A stretch of DNA of 59,764 bases, counting the filler. It is 4 parts of 4 records of this genome, joined end to end, with 100 filler letters (N's around TTAATTAATTAA, not from the genome) between each part and the next. Parts side by side here need not be neighbours in the genome. Positions count along the whole stretch, not along the records: positions 7,754 to 38,129 come from SRR31156797_3583; 3 more parts are not named here. One strand, written 5' to 3'. Below are positions 27,499 to 37,026 of this stretch, piece by piece. The notes beneath the pieces were generated by a model that did not search any database, was not told the DNA's origin, and saw only the letters and a list, made by a program, of their open reading frames with translations. Made by a program: the position numbers and the translations under genes. Within the stretch, counting starts at the first letter, position 1. Every line of letters starts with the position of its first letter.

Positions 27499-29856
27499 AT
27501 GAAAATCTCCTATTTATTAACATTGTTGTTAGCTGGCACAGTTATTTTTCAAAGCTGCCAAAAGCCTGTCCCGACCATAAAAGGGGAGGAATCTGAGCTA
27601 GTTGAATTCAGAGCGCTACCTTTTGCTATTAAAGATGTCAAACTACTGGATGGTCCATTTAAAAAAGCAACCGATCTAAACCAGAAAATTTTATTGAATT
27701 ACGAACCAGATCGTTTTTTGGCAAAGTTTCGTATTGAGGCAGGGTTAGAACCTAAAGCAGATCATTATGAAGGTTGGGAATCAAATACCATTGCAGGGCA
27801 TAGTTTAGGGCATTACTTAACCGCCATTTGCCTGATGTACGAAACAACAGGAAGTGAGGAATATAAAAACCGTGCGGATTATATTGTAAAAGAATTGGCC
27901 GAATGTCAAGAGGCAGATGGCGAGGGGTATATTGGAGCATTTGAAAATGGTAAAAAAATTCTAGAGGAAGAAGTAGCCAAAGGTGATATTCGATCCGGAG
28001 GTTTTGATTTGAATGGAATTTGGGTACCATATTATACACAGCATAAAGTATTGGATGGATTGATTCATGCGTATAAACTATGTGGAAATGATAAAGCCTT
28101 GCATGTAGCTACTAAATTCACGGATTGGTTATTTACTGTAGTAAAAGATTTAACAGATGATCAGGTTCAGGAAATGCTGAATTGTGAGCACGGAGGAATT
28201 AACGAGGTATTAGCTGAATTAAGTGCCCTAACCGGAGAAAAAAGATACATGGATATGTCTCATATCTTCCATCATAAAGTAATTATCGATTCTATTGCAC
28301 ATCATAAAGATATCTTACCAAGAGTGCATGCAAATACGCAAATACCTAAGTTCGTAGGTACAGCGCGTAGATATGAATTAACTGGAAGTAAAGAGGATTA
28401 TGAAGCATCTAAATTCTTTTGGGATAGAGTAGTGCATCATCATTCTTATGTTACAGGCGGTAACTGTAATCATGAATATTTTGGTGAGCCGGATTCGCTC
28501 AGAGATCGCTTAAGTGACGGTACTACTGAAACATGTAATGTCTACAACATGCTAAAGTTATCCAAACATTTATTCCAATGGGAAGCTTCAGCTGAAGTAG
28601 CCGATTTTTACGAAAGAGCTTTGTTTAATCATATTCTTTCTTCACAAAATCCAGAAGATGGACGTGTGATTTATAATCTTTCTTTAGATATGGGAGGTTA
28701 TAAAGTTTACCAGGATCCTCTATGGTTTACTTGTTGTGTGGGTACAGGTATGGAAAATCATGCGAAGTATAGTCGCAATATTTATTATCATAACCATCAG
28801 GAACTCTATGTGGCACAGTTTATTGCTTCCGAATTAAACTGGAAAGAAAAAGGAATTCAGATAATTCAGGAAACGAATTATCCGGATAACCAGGAAACCA
28901 AATTGACAGTTAAGGGTGATGCCAAGGAAGCTTTCGATTTAAAAATTCGTTATCCATATTGGGCTAAGAATGGGTTCGAGATACTTGTAAATGGTAAAGC
29001 AGTTAAAATAGCAACCCAACCTCAAAGTTTTGTTTCTATAAATAGAGAATGGAAAGATGGTGATGTAATTGAAGTGAAATTTCCTTTTGAGCTTAGGTTA
29101 GAATCTATGCCAGATGATGAAAATAGAGTTGCTGTTATGTATGGGCCGTTAGTTTTGGCTGGAGATTTAGGTCCTGAAAATGATCCTAAAGGAAACGATT
29201 TGCTGTATGTGCCTGTTTTTATGACTGATGAAAGAAATCCTTCTAAATGGTTAGATAAAGTTGAAGGTAAATCTAATACTTTTAAGTCTGATCATGTGGG
29301 TAGACCTAAGGATGTAGTTTTCCGTCCTTTCTACGAAGTTCATGAACGTACGTATTCTATTTATTTCGATTTATTTACAGAAGATAAATGGGATCAACAA
29401 AAAGCAGAATACATGGCTAAACAAGCTCAGCTGAAAAAGCTGCAGGAAATGACCATTGACTATTGTAAACTGGGAGAAATGCAACCTGAAAGGGATCATA
29501 ACTTTAAAGATTACAAATCGTGGGTTGAAGAAGTGGACAGAACAAAATACCGTGAAGCTGACCGAGGTGGCTGGTTCTCTTTTGAAATGGGTGTTTTTGC
29601 AGGTCAACCAATGGCATTGGTTTTAGAATACTTTGGAGGGTTTCCCGGAAGAAGAACGTTTGATGTTTATGTAAATGACATGAAGATAGCTAATGAGAAT
29701 TTATCTAATAAAAACAACGGAGAATTTTACAATCAGGTATATGACTTGCCTGATGATTTAACTGTTGAAGGTGGTAAAATTACAGTAAAAATAGTACCAA
29801 CATTTAAAGACCATAGAGCTGGTCCAATTGCCAGCGCAAGAGTAGTTAAAAGGTAA
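27499..29856 (+). CDS. GH146/GH127-clan beta-L-arabinofuranosidase lipoprotein
   Basis: Lipobox FQSC; GHSLGHYL, EHGG, HANTQIPK, TETCNVYNMLK, FTCCVGTG. Confidence 0.88.
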   Translation: MKISYLLTLLLAGTVIFQSCQKPVPTIKGEESELVEFRALPFAIKDVKLLDGPFKKATDLNQKILLNYEPDRFLAKFRIEAGLEPKADHYEGWESNTIAGHSLGHYLTAICLMYETTGSEEYKNRADYIVKELAECQEADGEGYIGAFENGKKILEEEVAKGDIRSGGFDLNGIWVPYYTQHKVLDGLIHAYKLCGNDKALHVATKFTDWLFTVVKDLTDDQVQEMLNCEHGGINEVLAELSALTGEKRYMDMSHIFHHKVIIDSIAHHKDILPRVHANTQIPKFVGTARRYELTGSKEDYEASKFFWDRVVHHHSYVTGGNCNHEYFGEPDSLRDRLSDGTTETCNVYNMLKLSKHLFQWEASAEVADFYERALFNHILSSQNPEDGRVIYNLSLDMGGYKVYQDPLWFTCCVGTGMENHAKYSRNIYYHNHQELYVAQFIASELNWKEKGIQIIQETNYPDNQETKLTVKGDAKEAFDLKIRYPYWAKNGFEILVNGKAVKIATQPQSFVSINREWKDGDVIEVKFPFELRLESMPDDENRVAVMYGPLVLAGDLGPENDPKGNDLLYVPVFMTDERNPSKWLDKVEGKSNTFKSDHVGRPKDVVFRPFYEVHERTYSIYFDLFTEDKWDQQKAEYMAKQAQLKKLQEMTIDYCKLGEMQPERDHNFKDYKSWVEEVDRTKYREADRGGWFSFEMGVFAGQPMALVLEYFGGFPGRRTFDVYVNDMKIANENLSNKNNGEFYNQVYDLPDDLTVEGGKITVKIVPTFKDHRAGPIASARVVKR

Positions 29857-29881
29857 TGTATCAATTGTGTATTTATTATTT

Positions 29882-29918
29882 AAGGATAGTATTCATAGAG
29901 CTTTATGATGCTATCCTT
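29882..29918 (+). terminator. Hairpin ending the hydrolase cluster
   Basis: aaggatagtat…atgctatcctt inverted repeat. Confidence 0.5.
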
Positions 29919-30134
29919 ATAATTACACTTTGTAAAGTTATGTAGTATATGAATTGGTTTTCTTTTGATATGAAATAAAGTCAATTTGAATAGTTTGTTA
30001 TAAATTATTTTTGTGTATTGAATAAGTAGGTTTTGATAACCAGTGTAAGTGTTAATAGTGCACCTGAGTTGTCAAATTATTGGCTCCGGTCATGCCGATT
30101 TTATCTATTTATTGTAAAAAAATAAGTGTTAATT

Positions 30135-30893
30135 ATGAATTATGCACTAACAATTAAAAAACAAGCCCTGTCGGTAAATAACTTAAATACTGATTTTTTA
30201 TTGAATACGCCGATGTTTAATAATTTGTCACAAAAAGAATTACAGTTAATAGAAAATACCTGTATTCTGTCAAGATTAAAAAGAGGCAAAGTAATATATA
30301 CTGAGGGGAAAAGACATACAGGAATATATGCCATCTTAAGTGGAGTCGTAAAAATTTCTAAAAACGGTCCAGTTGGGAGAGACTACATTATAAAATTTGC
30401 TCATAAAGGAGATGTTGTAGCCTACAGATCGTTACTAACAAATGAAGTGGCCTGTACTTCGGCTAAAGTAATTGAAGAAGCCGTAGTATGTCATATTCAT
30501 TATAATATTTTACTTTTACTGTTTGAAAAAAACTGGCAGTTTAGGCAGGAGATGATGAAGATGATGTGTAAAGAAGTAAATGAGTCTAATTTATTAATTA
30601 CAGAAATAGCCTATAAGTCTGTAAGAGAAAGAACAGCTGAACTTTTACTTTATTTGTATGATGAATTTGGACTAACAGCTAATAAAACATTAAATATTAA
30701 GATTACCAGAGTTGAACTGGCTAACAAGTTAGGATCATCATCAGAGTCTGTGGTTAGAATGCTTGGAGAGTTTAAGAGTGATGGATTAATTGATTTAAAT
30801 GGTAAAGAAATTAGACTAATAAATCTTAAAAAATTACGTGAGATTTCCGACTTTGAAAAATATCGGCATAGTTTTAAGCCAGAACTAATATAA
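30135..30893 (+). CDS. Crp/Fnr-family transcriptional regulator
   Basis: cNMP-binding barrel (IYTEG…SGVVKI) and ITRVELANKLGSSSESVVRMLGEF HTH. Confidence 0.92.
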   Translation: MNYALTIKKQALSVNNLNTDFLLNTPMFNNLSQKELQLIENTCILSRLKRGKVIYTEGKRHTGIYAILSGVVKISKNGPVGRDYIIKFAHKGDVVAYRSLLTNEVACTSAKVIEEAVVCHIHYNILLLLFEKNWQFRQEMMKMMCKEVNESNLLITEIAYKSVRERTAELLLYLYDEFGLTANKTLNIKITRVELANKLGSSSESVVRMLGEFKSDGLIDLNGKEIRLINLKKLREISDFEKYRHSFKPELI

Positions 30894-31264
30894 TAGCATT
30901 TCCTTGTTGAATGTAATTTATGTCTATATCCAATATTAGATAAAAAGGAAAGCTAGCCGTGTGGATTTAATATTTGGTTCTAATTTCGAGTTAAGGGCAT
31001 TGGCGTAAGTATAAGCAACTGCTGATGCCAAGGGAAAATTTGCCAGGGATTTTGCTGTAGTTTGCAATAAAGTGATGAATCTCGATTGATTCGATTCATT
31101 ATAATCCTCGTTTATCAGAGACTATATTTAGGATGTTATCATTTAGTGTTGACATCCTTATTTCTGTTTAATGACTTTTTAGTTTTAATTCTACATCTGT
31201 AGTAAAAACAAATAGAGCTACATTTGTCTACATTAATAATAATTAAGTAAGCCAAAGATGTTAT

Positions 31265-32110
31265 ATGAACAAGCAAACCAATTCTCTTAAGAGTACTTAT
31301 AGTTTTAAACCAATTGTAAAAAATCTAAATCTAACTTTAGTATTAATCTTGACTTTATTATCATGTGGTTCATCAGATGAAGAGCCACAAGGTTTAAAGA
31401 TTAACAGTAGTCTTGTTAAAATTAATTTTAATGATTCTATAAAAATTGATGCAACATCAGACTTTCCTATCAAATATAGTTCAGTAGATCCATACATTGC
31501 ATATGTAGAGGGTGATTATATTAAAGCAAGACATATAGGAAATACGATTATTACATTATCAAGTAATAATGAAGTTGGTTTAATAGAGGTAGATGTAAAA
31601 TCAATTTATAGTTTATTTGATCATCCCATTAGTTCATATAAACATGGTAAGGAATATTATCATGAGAATTACACTGACTTGTATTATGAGGATGAAACGA
31701 TTCTTGTTTTTTTACAAGTGAATTATAAGGAAAAAACCTCATATCTTCTACAATTTGACTTCACAGAAAATAATACAACAAAAGATGCTTTTCTGATATT
31801 TCAAATTGGCGATATTAATAATGTTTTTGATACACTCATTGAGCGTTATGAAATTTATGATTATTCGAATGAAGGTTACATTTTTATGAATGCCCTAGAA
31901 GCCAAAGAGGCTACAGAAATAGCTACATTGGTGCTTGATAGAGAAAATCAATTGTGTTTTGTTTTAATTACCCAGGTTGAAAACACAGGTAGTAAGTCCA
32001 TAATGAAAGATGGTTTGCAATTGAAAACTTATATCAGTCAAATTCAATCCAAGATGAATACTTATCGTACAAAAAATCGTAAAGAATTATTTGAAAAGGA
32101 TTTTGACTAA
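31265..32110 (+). CDS. Hypothetical lipoprotein, possible N-terminal Ig-like domain
   Basis: Lipobox LLSC; YSSVDPYIAYV…IKARHIGNTIIT resembles bacterial Ig-like repeats; TACATTTG Bacteroidota -7 element at 31219-31226. Confidence 0.6.
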   Translation: MNKQTNSLKSTYSFKPIVKNLNLTLVLILTLLSCGSSDEEPQGLKINSSLVKINFNDSIKIDATSDFPIKYSSVDPYIAYVEGDYIKARHIGNTIITLSSNNEVGLIEVDVKSIYSLFDHPISSYKHGKEYYHENYTDLYYEDETILVFLQVNYKEKTSYLLQFDFTENNTTKDAFLIFQIGDINNVFDTLIERYEIYDYSNEGYIFMNALEAKEATEIATLVLDRENQLCFVLITQVENTGSKSIMKDGLQLKTYISQIQSKMNTYRTKNRKELFEKDFD

Positions 32111-32151
32111 AATATGTCTTATTTCTTTTGTCTATAGTCTAACTATCAATA

Positions 32152-32769
32152 TTACTCTTCGCTTTCAATAATTACCGGATTTTTTAAGATTCGATCTGCA
32201 AGCTCATCAAACTTATGATGCCATTCGTTTGCGGCTAAAACAATTTGTAGCTTTTTTATACCATCAGCCAAACGATAAATAATAGCATGATGACTTTGTG
32301 TAATGATGGTGTCGGCATCATCCATAATAATCAAATTAATTTTAGTTAATGGAATGCCGTTGATATTTACCAATTCAGTTAATCGTTTGGGAGTACAAAT
32401 TAAAACATCAAGGCCATCATAAATTTCGTCTTTTTGATATTGAATAATTCCTTTGTCGAATGCCACAAAGGTTCTTAACTTACATTCTTTTCCAAGGATT
32501 GAAAACTGTTCTTCAATTTCAAATGCTTTTTCCTTTTCTGAAGTGATAAAAATAGCACGAGGAGCCTCTTCAAAAGGCTTTTTTAGCTTTTGAATGGTAC
32601 TGATAATAAGCGAAGTTGTTTTGCCGCTGTCTTTAGGAGAGATCATAATACAATCGCTCCCTGATTTTATTTGAGGTATAGATAAATCCTGTATGGCTTT
32701 GGGTGTTTGATCAAAACCGGCATTAATAATACCGGAGGCTAATTCAGGAATTAATTTTTTTAGTTTCAT
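32152..32769 (-). CDS. Stand-alone N-terminal domain of a DEAD-box helicase (degenerate)
   Basis: Q-motif-like GFDQTPKAIQ, SGKTT, TPKRL, MDDAD; no helicase C-terminal domain; ATG 32769. Confidence 0.8.
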   Translation of the reverse strand: MKLKKLIPELASGIINAGFDQTPKAIQDLSIPQIKSGSDCIMISPKDSGKTTSLIISTIQKLKKPFEEAPRAIFITSEKEKAFEIEEQFSILGKECKLRTFVAFDKGIIQYQKDEIYDGLDVLICTPKRLTELVNINGIPLTKINLIIMDDADTIITQSHHAIIYRLADGIKKLQIVLAANEWHHKFDELADRILKNPVIIESEE

Positions 32770-32984
32770 GTGAATTTCTTTTAATAGAATTCGGAACAAG
32801 CTAAAAGATAATTACTTGATATTGAATTGGAAATCGAAATATTTAACGCGAGTTCTTATATTCTATTATTAGAGCGCAAAACTATAAAATAATAGGCAGA
32901 AAGAAGATTATTGCAGTCGTATATCACGGAGGCAAGTTCGAAAAGGTAACGATTTACAAGCTCATCTTACTGGGCAGAGGAAAA

Positions 32985-33018
32985 AACAATACCCCTCCTG
33001 AAAATTCGGAGGGGTATC
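32985..33018 (-). terminator. Terminator of the 33099-33563 gene
   Basis: atacccctcc…ggaggggtat hairpin followed by a T-rich run on the minus strand. Confidence 0.55.
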
Positions 33019-33098
33019 AAAAGTGGGGTGGTATATATTTTTTGTATACAAAACAATATTGCAAAGAACTATCTCTAAGGGAATCGAAACAGAAATTA

Positions 33099-33563
33099 TT
33101 ATTTCACAAAAGATTCAAATTGAGATACAAATCCCAGTAAATACATCTTAAGATTTCGTTCCAGCAATCTAAATCCATGGTTTGATAAATCCATTACATC
33201 AGCATAATGTTTAACAACAATGGCTTTTATTCTATTATGCAGGGCTTCAGAAAACTCATTTTCGGTATACATACCTTTTTCTTTAGCCAAAATCTTATTC
33301 ATATACTCAATTTCTTCAAGCTTTCGATATTCGGGATAGTGATTATCCTTGTCCAATACCGCTTCTGTAGCACTTAAAGTTTCCGAAGCATACATTTGTA
33401 TCATCTCATTTAAAACATCTTTTTGCTTAAAGTGAGGATAAAAATCTAAAATGATATCAAACACGTCACTTTCAAATTCAGCTTTGAACTTGCTATAAAA
33501 TTGGTCCGTTTTCTTAAAACCGGCCAATATGTCGTTTATTCTGTCTTCCTTGTTAAAATGCAT
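33099..33563 (-). CDS. Hypothetical alpha-helical protein
   Basis: 154-aa ORF with normal composition, followed by a terminator. Confidence 0.65.
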   Translation of the reverse strand: MHFNKEDRINDILAGFKKTDQFYSKFKAEFESDVFDIILDFYPHFKQKDVLNEMIQMYASETLSATEAVLDKDNHYPEYRKLEEIEYMNKILAKEKGMYTENEFSEALHNRIKAIVVKHYADVMDLSNHGFRLLERNLKMYLLGFVSQFESFVK

Positions 33564-33807
33564 AGCTGTTTATTTTGGTCAGTTATAATTATTAAACGTA
33601 GATAAGGCCTAAAAGATTTGCAAAAGGTATAAAATTTAGACGAATAAAGTAATAGCTTACTTAAATATATCTTCCTGATTTATAAGTGGATTATTTATGG
33701 GGATGGAATTCAGTAATTTGGTGATGTAAAAACTGAGTTTGCTATAATACTAAAATATCTTAATTCTTTATATTTGCGACTTATTTTAAACCTATAACAG
33801 AATTACA

Positions 33808-34089
33808 ATGTTACAAGTGAACGAATACTTTGAAGGCAAAGTAAAATCTATAGCAGTAAATAATAGTGCAGGCAAAGCTACAGCAGGTGTGATTGATGCC
33901 GGTGAGTTTGAATTTGGTACTTCTACTATTGAGTATATGACTGTTACTTATGGCGAAATGGAAGCACTTTTACCAGGTGAAACAGAATGGAAGTTATTCA
34001 AACAAGGAGAAACATTTAAGGTTGAAAAAGATACTTCATTTAAGGTGAATGTTAAGGAACCTGTAAGCTATTTATGTAGATACGAGTAA
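33808..34089 (+). CDS. ppnP: Pyrimidine/purine nucleoside phosphorylase (YaiE/DUF1255)
   Basis: MLQVNEYFEGKVKSI…GEFEFGT…LLPGETEW…YLCRY; TATATTTG -7 element at 33769-33776. Confidence 0.92.
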   Translation: MLQVNEYFEGKVKSIAVNNSAGKATAGVIDAGEFEFGTSTIEYMTVTYGEMEALLPGETEWKLFKQGETFKVEKDTSFKVNVKEPVSYLCRYE

Positions 34090-34100
34090 AAGAATATTGG

Positions 34101-34129
34101 TTCATTGCACAGCTTTTCTGTGCAATGAA
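34101..34129 (+). terminator. Hairpin after ppnP
   Basis: ttcattgcacag-ctttt-ctgtgcaatgaa. Confidence 0.6.
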
Positions 34130-34156
34130 TTGTTTTAAATTAGTTAATTATCCGAG

Positions 34157-34606
34157 ATGACTTTTCTTCCCATATCCATTAATATCGCACACAAAAAAAT
34201 TCTGCTTGTAGGAGGAGGAAAAGTAGCTTACCAGAAATTAAAGGGGCTTTTACCTTTTACAAATGACATTACAGTCCTTGCTCCTGATATCATTGATGAG
34301 ATCAATAATTATAGCAATATTATAAAGATAACTGATGGCTATAAAGCTGATTATTTAACTGGTTTTTATTTAGTATATGCCTGTACAGATAATCCCGATT
34401 TGAATAAAAAAGTGTTGGAGGATTCGGAGAACCTTGGAATTTTGTGTAACCGTACTGATAAAGCTGAAGCATCACATTTTCACTCTCCGGCATTAGTAGA
34501 AAACGATCAATATTGGATTGCTATCAACTCTAAAAAAAAGAATCCGAAAGCATTGTTGCAGTTTAGGGAAAAATTGCGTTTGTTCCTGAAAGGAATGAAG
34601 GAATAG
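34157..34606 (+). CDS. Precorrin-2 dehydrogenase/sirohydrochlorin ferrochelatase (SirC/CysG N-terminal-like)
   Basis: FLPISINI…ILLVGGGKVAYQK, LVYACTDN…N, FHSPA. Confidence 0.85.
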   Translation: MTFLPISINIAHKKILLVGGGKVAYQKLKGLLPFTNDITVLAPDIIDEINNYSNIIKITDGYKADYLTGFYLVYACTDNPDLNKKVLEDSENLGILCNRTDKAEASHFHSPALVENDQYWIAINSKKKNPKALLQFREKLRLFLKGMKE

Positions 34607-34607
34607 C

Positions 34608-35393
34608 CTACTCTAGCATCTCGTTTGTTCCAGATTTTAAGTCTAGGTTCTGATTATCCTTAAGATTAACTCCTGATATCTTTTTAGAAAATGCTTCCTG
34701 AATCAGATATAGCAACTTAGAACAGGCCACTTCATAAGATAATCCATCTTTCCGAATATTTGAAATACAGTTCCTTTTATCATCGGTAATACCGGAATAA
34801 GGATTGTAGGTCATATAAATTCCCATGCTATCCGGCGATTTTAAACCGGGCCTTTCTCCAATGCAATGAATAACCATTGTTGAGTTAAACGCCAAAGCAA
34901 CTTCATCAGCTAAAGCAACACGTGCTTGTTCTGCGATAACAATAGGGTCTAATTGATATTTTTTGTTTAGCTCTGGGTAAAGAAGCTTAAGAAAAGGAAG
35001 GATGTTTTTTTCTATCGCAGTTGCTGAAAGTCCGTCAGAAACTACAATTGTTATATCGTAGTCCTTTTTTTGCGTAGCTTCTTGTAATACTTTGGAGGAG
35101 CTTTTACTTAGTTTTCTTCCCCAATCCGGTCTTCGTAAATAATCGCTTCTGCTTTGAGCGAATGATGAAACGCAAATCACATCTTCATGAGTTACAGTTT
35201 CTATTTCAGTCTTTAGTTTTAAGATATCTAAAGGAATATTTACAGCATCAATAGCTTTGGCATGTGCCAGTTTAAACTCCAATAAAGCCTTGGTAGGAAT
35301 AGAACTTCCGCAGCGACCAATTGCAATTCTTGCTTTGGTGTGTTTTTTTAATTCTCCCCAGGGATTGGGTATAAAAGTCTGAAGTTTATTCAT
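34608..35393 (-). CDS. eutC: Ethanolamine ammonia-lyase light chain
   Basis: TKARIAIGRCG, YLRRPDWGR, DGLSA, IGERPGL…SMGIY, RNCISNI. Confidence 0.95.
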   Translation of the reverse strand: MNKLQTFIPNPWGELKKHTKARIAIGRCGSSIPTKALLEFKLAHAKAIDAVNIPLDILKLKTEIETVTHEDVICVSSFAQSRSDYLRRPDWGRKLSKSSSKVLQEATQKKDYDITIVVSDGLSATAIEKNILPFLKLLYPELNKKYQLDPIVIAEQARVALADEVALAFNSTMVIHCIGERPGLKSPDSMGIYMTYNPYSGITDDKRNCISNIRKDGLSYEVACSKLLYLIQEAFSKKISGVNLKDNQNLDLKSGTNEMLE

Positions 35394-35411
35394 GTTAATA
35401 CTATTTAGCAA

Positions 35412-36797
35412 TTAGATAAAAGATGAATTACTTAAGAAACGATTTTTGAATCCCGGATGATCAATAGGTTTAAGATCAGAATCAAAAATATTCATCTTTA
35501 TGAGCCATTCTTCAAATTCAGGAGCTGGTTTTAGATTTAGTAACGACCTTATGTACATGGCATCATGAAAGGAAGTACTTTGGTAATTGAGCATGATATC
35601 ATCAGCTCCGGGAACCCCCATAATAAAATTACAACCTGCAACGCCCAGTAAAGTAAGTAAAGTATCCATATCGTCCTGATCGGCCAATGCATGATTTGTG
35701 TAGCAAATATCTACACCCATAGGTAAACCTAATATTTTGCCGCAAAAATGATCTTCTAATCCTGCTCTGATAATTTGTTTTCCATTGTACAAATATTCAG
35801 GTCCGATAAAGCCTACAACTGTATTCACCAATAATGGCTTAAAAATGCGTGCCAGCCCATATGCTCTTGCTTCCAGCGTTTGCTGATCAACCCCATGATG
35901 TGCGTTGGCAGATAATGCACTGCCCTGACCGGTTTCGAAATACATAAAATTATTTCCGACTGTTCCCCGGTTCAGACTTTGTCCTGCATCGAATCCTTCT
36001 TTTAAAATATTCAGGTTTACACCAAAACTTTCGTTTACGCCTTGTGTACCACCTATGGATTGAAAAATTAAATCAACAGGAACATTTTTTTCGATGGCTT
36101 GAATAGTAGAAGTAATATGTGTTAACACACAGGTTTGTGTAGGGATATCAAATTTTTGCCGCACCTCATCCATCATATGCAATAAGTCGGTAACAGCTTT
36201 GTAATTATCCGAAGCAGGATTAATACCAATCACCGCATCTCCGCAACCATAAAACAAACCATCCAGTATTTCTGCAGCAATCCCTTTCATATCATCCGTT
36301 GGGTCGTTTGGTTGCAAACGAACAGATAACCTTCCGGGTAAACCAATGGTATTTCTGAATTTTGAGATATTCCGGATTTTAGAACTGACTTTAATTAAAT
36401 CCTGGTTACTCATGATTTTAGAAACTGCAGCTACCATTTCAGGGATTAAACCGGGACTAACCTTCTTGATAGTTTCTCCGTCGGTTTCATCCATTAGTAA
36501 CCAATTTCTAAAATCCCCTACAGTCAGCGATGAAATGATTTGAAAAGCTTCATTCTGATGGTTATCAAAAATAGCCCGGGTAACTTCATCAGAATCATAA
36601 GGAATTACTTCTTCTTTTAAAAAGTCCTGAAGATAAGTATCAGCCAAAGCCATTTGAGCGGCCACACATTCTTCGTATGAGTTGGCACAAACACCCGCCA
36701 ATTGATCACCTGAACGTTCGGGACTGGCTTTAGCCAATAGATCTTTTAAAGAATTAAAGCTATACTTTTTATGACCAACTGAAACTGTGTAATTCAT
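35412..36797 (-). CDS. eutB: Ethanolamine ammonia-lyase heavy chain (AdoCbl-dependent)
   Basis: RSGDQLAG, RLQPNDPTDD, GDAVIGINP, MYFETGQGS, GFIGPEYLY, MLNYQSTSFHD. Confidence 0.97.
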   Translation of the reverse strand: MNYTVSVGHKKYSFNSLKDLLAKASPERSGDQLAGVCANSYEECVAAQMALADTYLQDFLKEEVIPYDSDEVTRAIFDNHQNEAFQIISSLTVGDFRNWLLMDETDGETIKKVSPGLIPEMVAAVSKIMSNQDLIKVSSKIRNISKFRNTIGLPGRLSVRLQPNDPTDDMKGIAAEILDGLFYGCGDAVIGINPASDNYKAVTDLLHMMDEVRQKFDIPTQTCVLTHITSTIQAIEKNVPVDLIFQSIGGTQGVNESFGVNLNILKEGFDAGQSLNRGTVGNNFMYFETGQGSALSANAHHGVDQQTLEARAYGLARIFKPLLVNTVVGFIGPEYLYNGKQIIRAGLEDHFCGKILGLPMGVDICYTNHALADQDDMDTLLTLLGVAGCNFIMGVPGADDIMLNYQSTSFHDAMYIRSLLNLKPAPEFEEWLIKMNIFDSDLKPIDHPGFKNRFLSNSSFI

Positions 36798-37026
36798 ATA
36801 TGGAAAATTGATAAAATTAACCTTAAAATCAATGGAATAGGTTAAGTTTATTTTATCAAATAAAAAAAGGTAAACAAATGCTTACCCTTTTATTATTTTT
36901 AATAGATCGATAGATTATAGACAAGAGATATGAGATTAATTTTACAAGGTGCTCATTGACTGTAAAGTTATATGAATGCTTTTTTGAAATGAGCTCCTTA
37001 TCGATTAATCGTAAATCTTTAATGAA

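Noticed and set aside
30894-31200. Hairpins and an ~80-codon start-less minus-strand frame between crp and the lipoprotein gene
   Set aside because: No start codon and no recognisable protein or RNA motif
36798-37026. Hairpins upstream of eutB as a cobalamin riboswitch or ANTAR (EutV) site
   Set aside because: No B12-box or AGCAANGRRGCY motif seen; one hairpin is better explained as the esterase terminator
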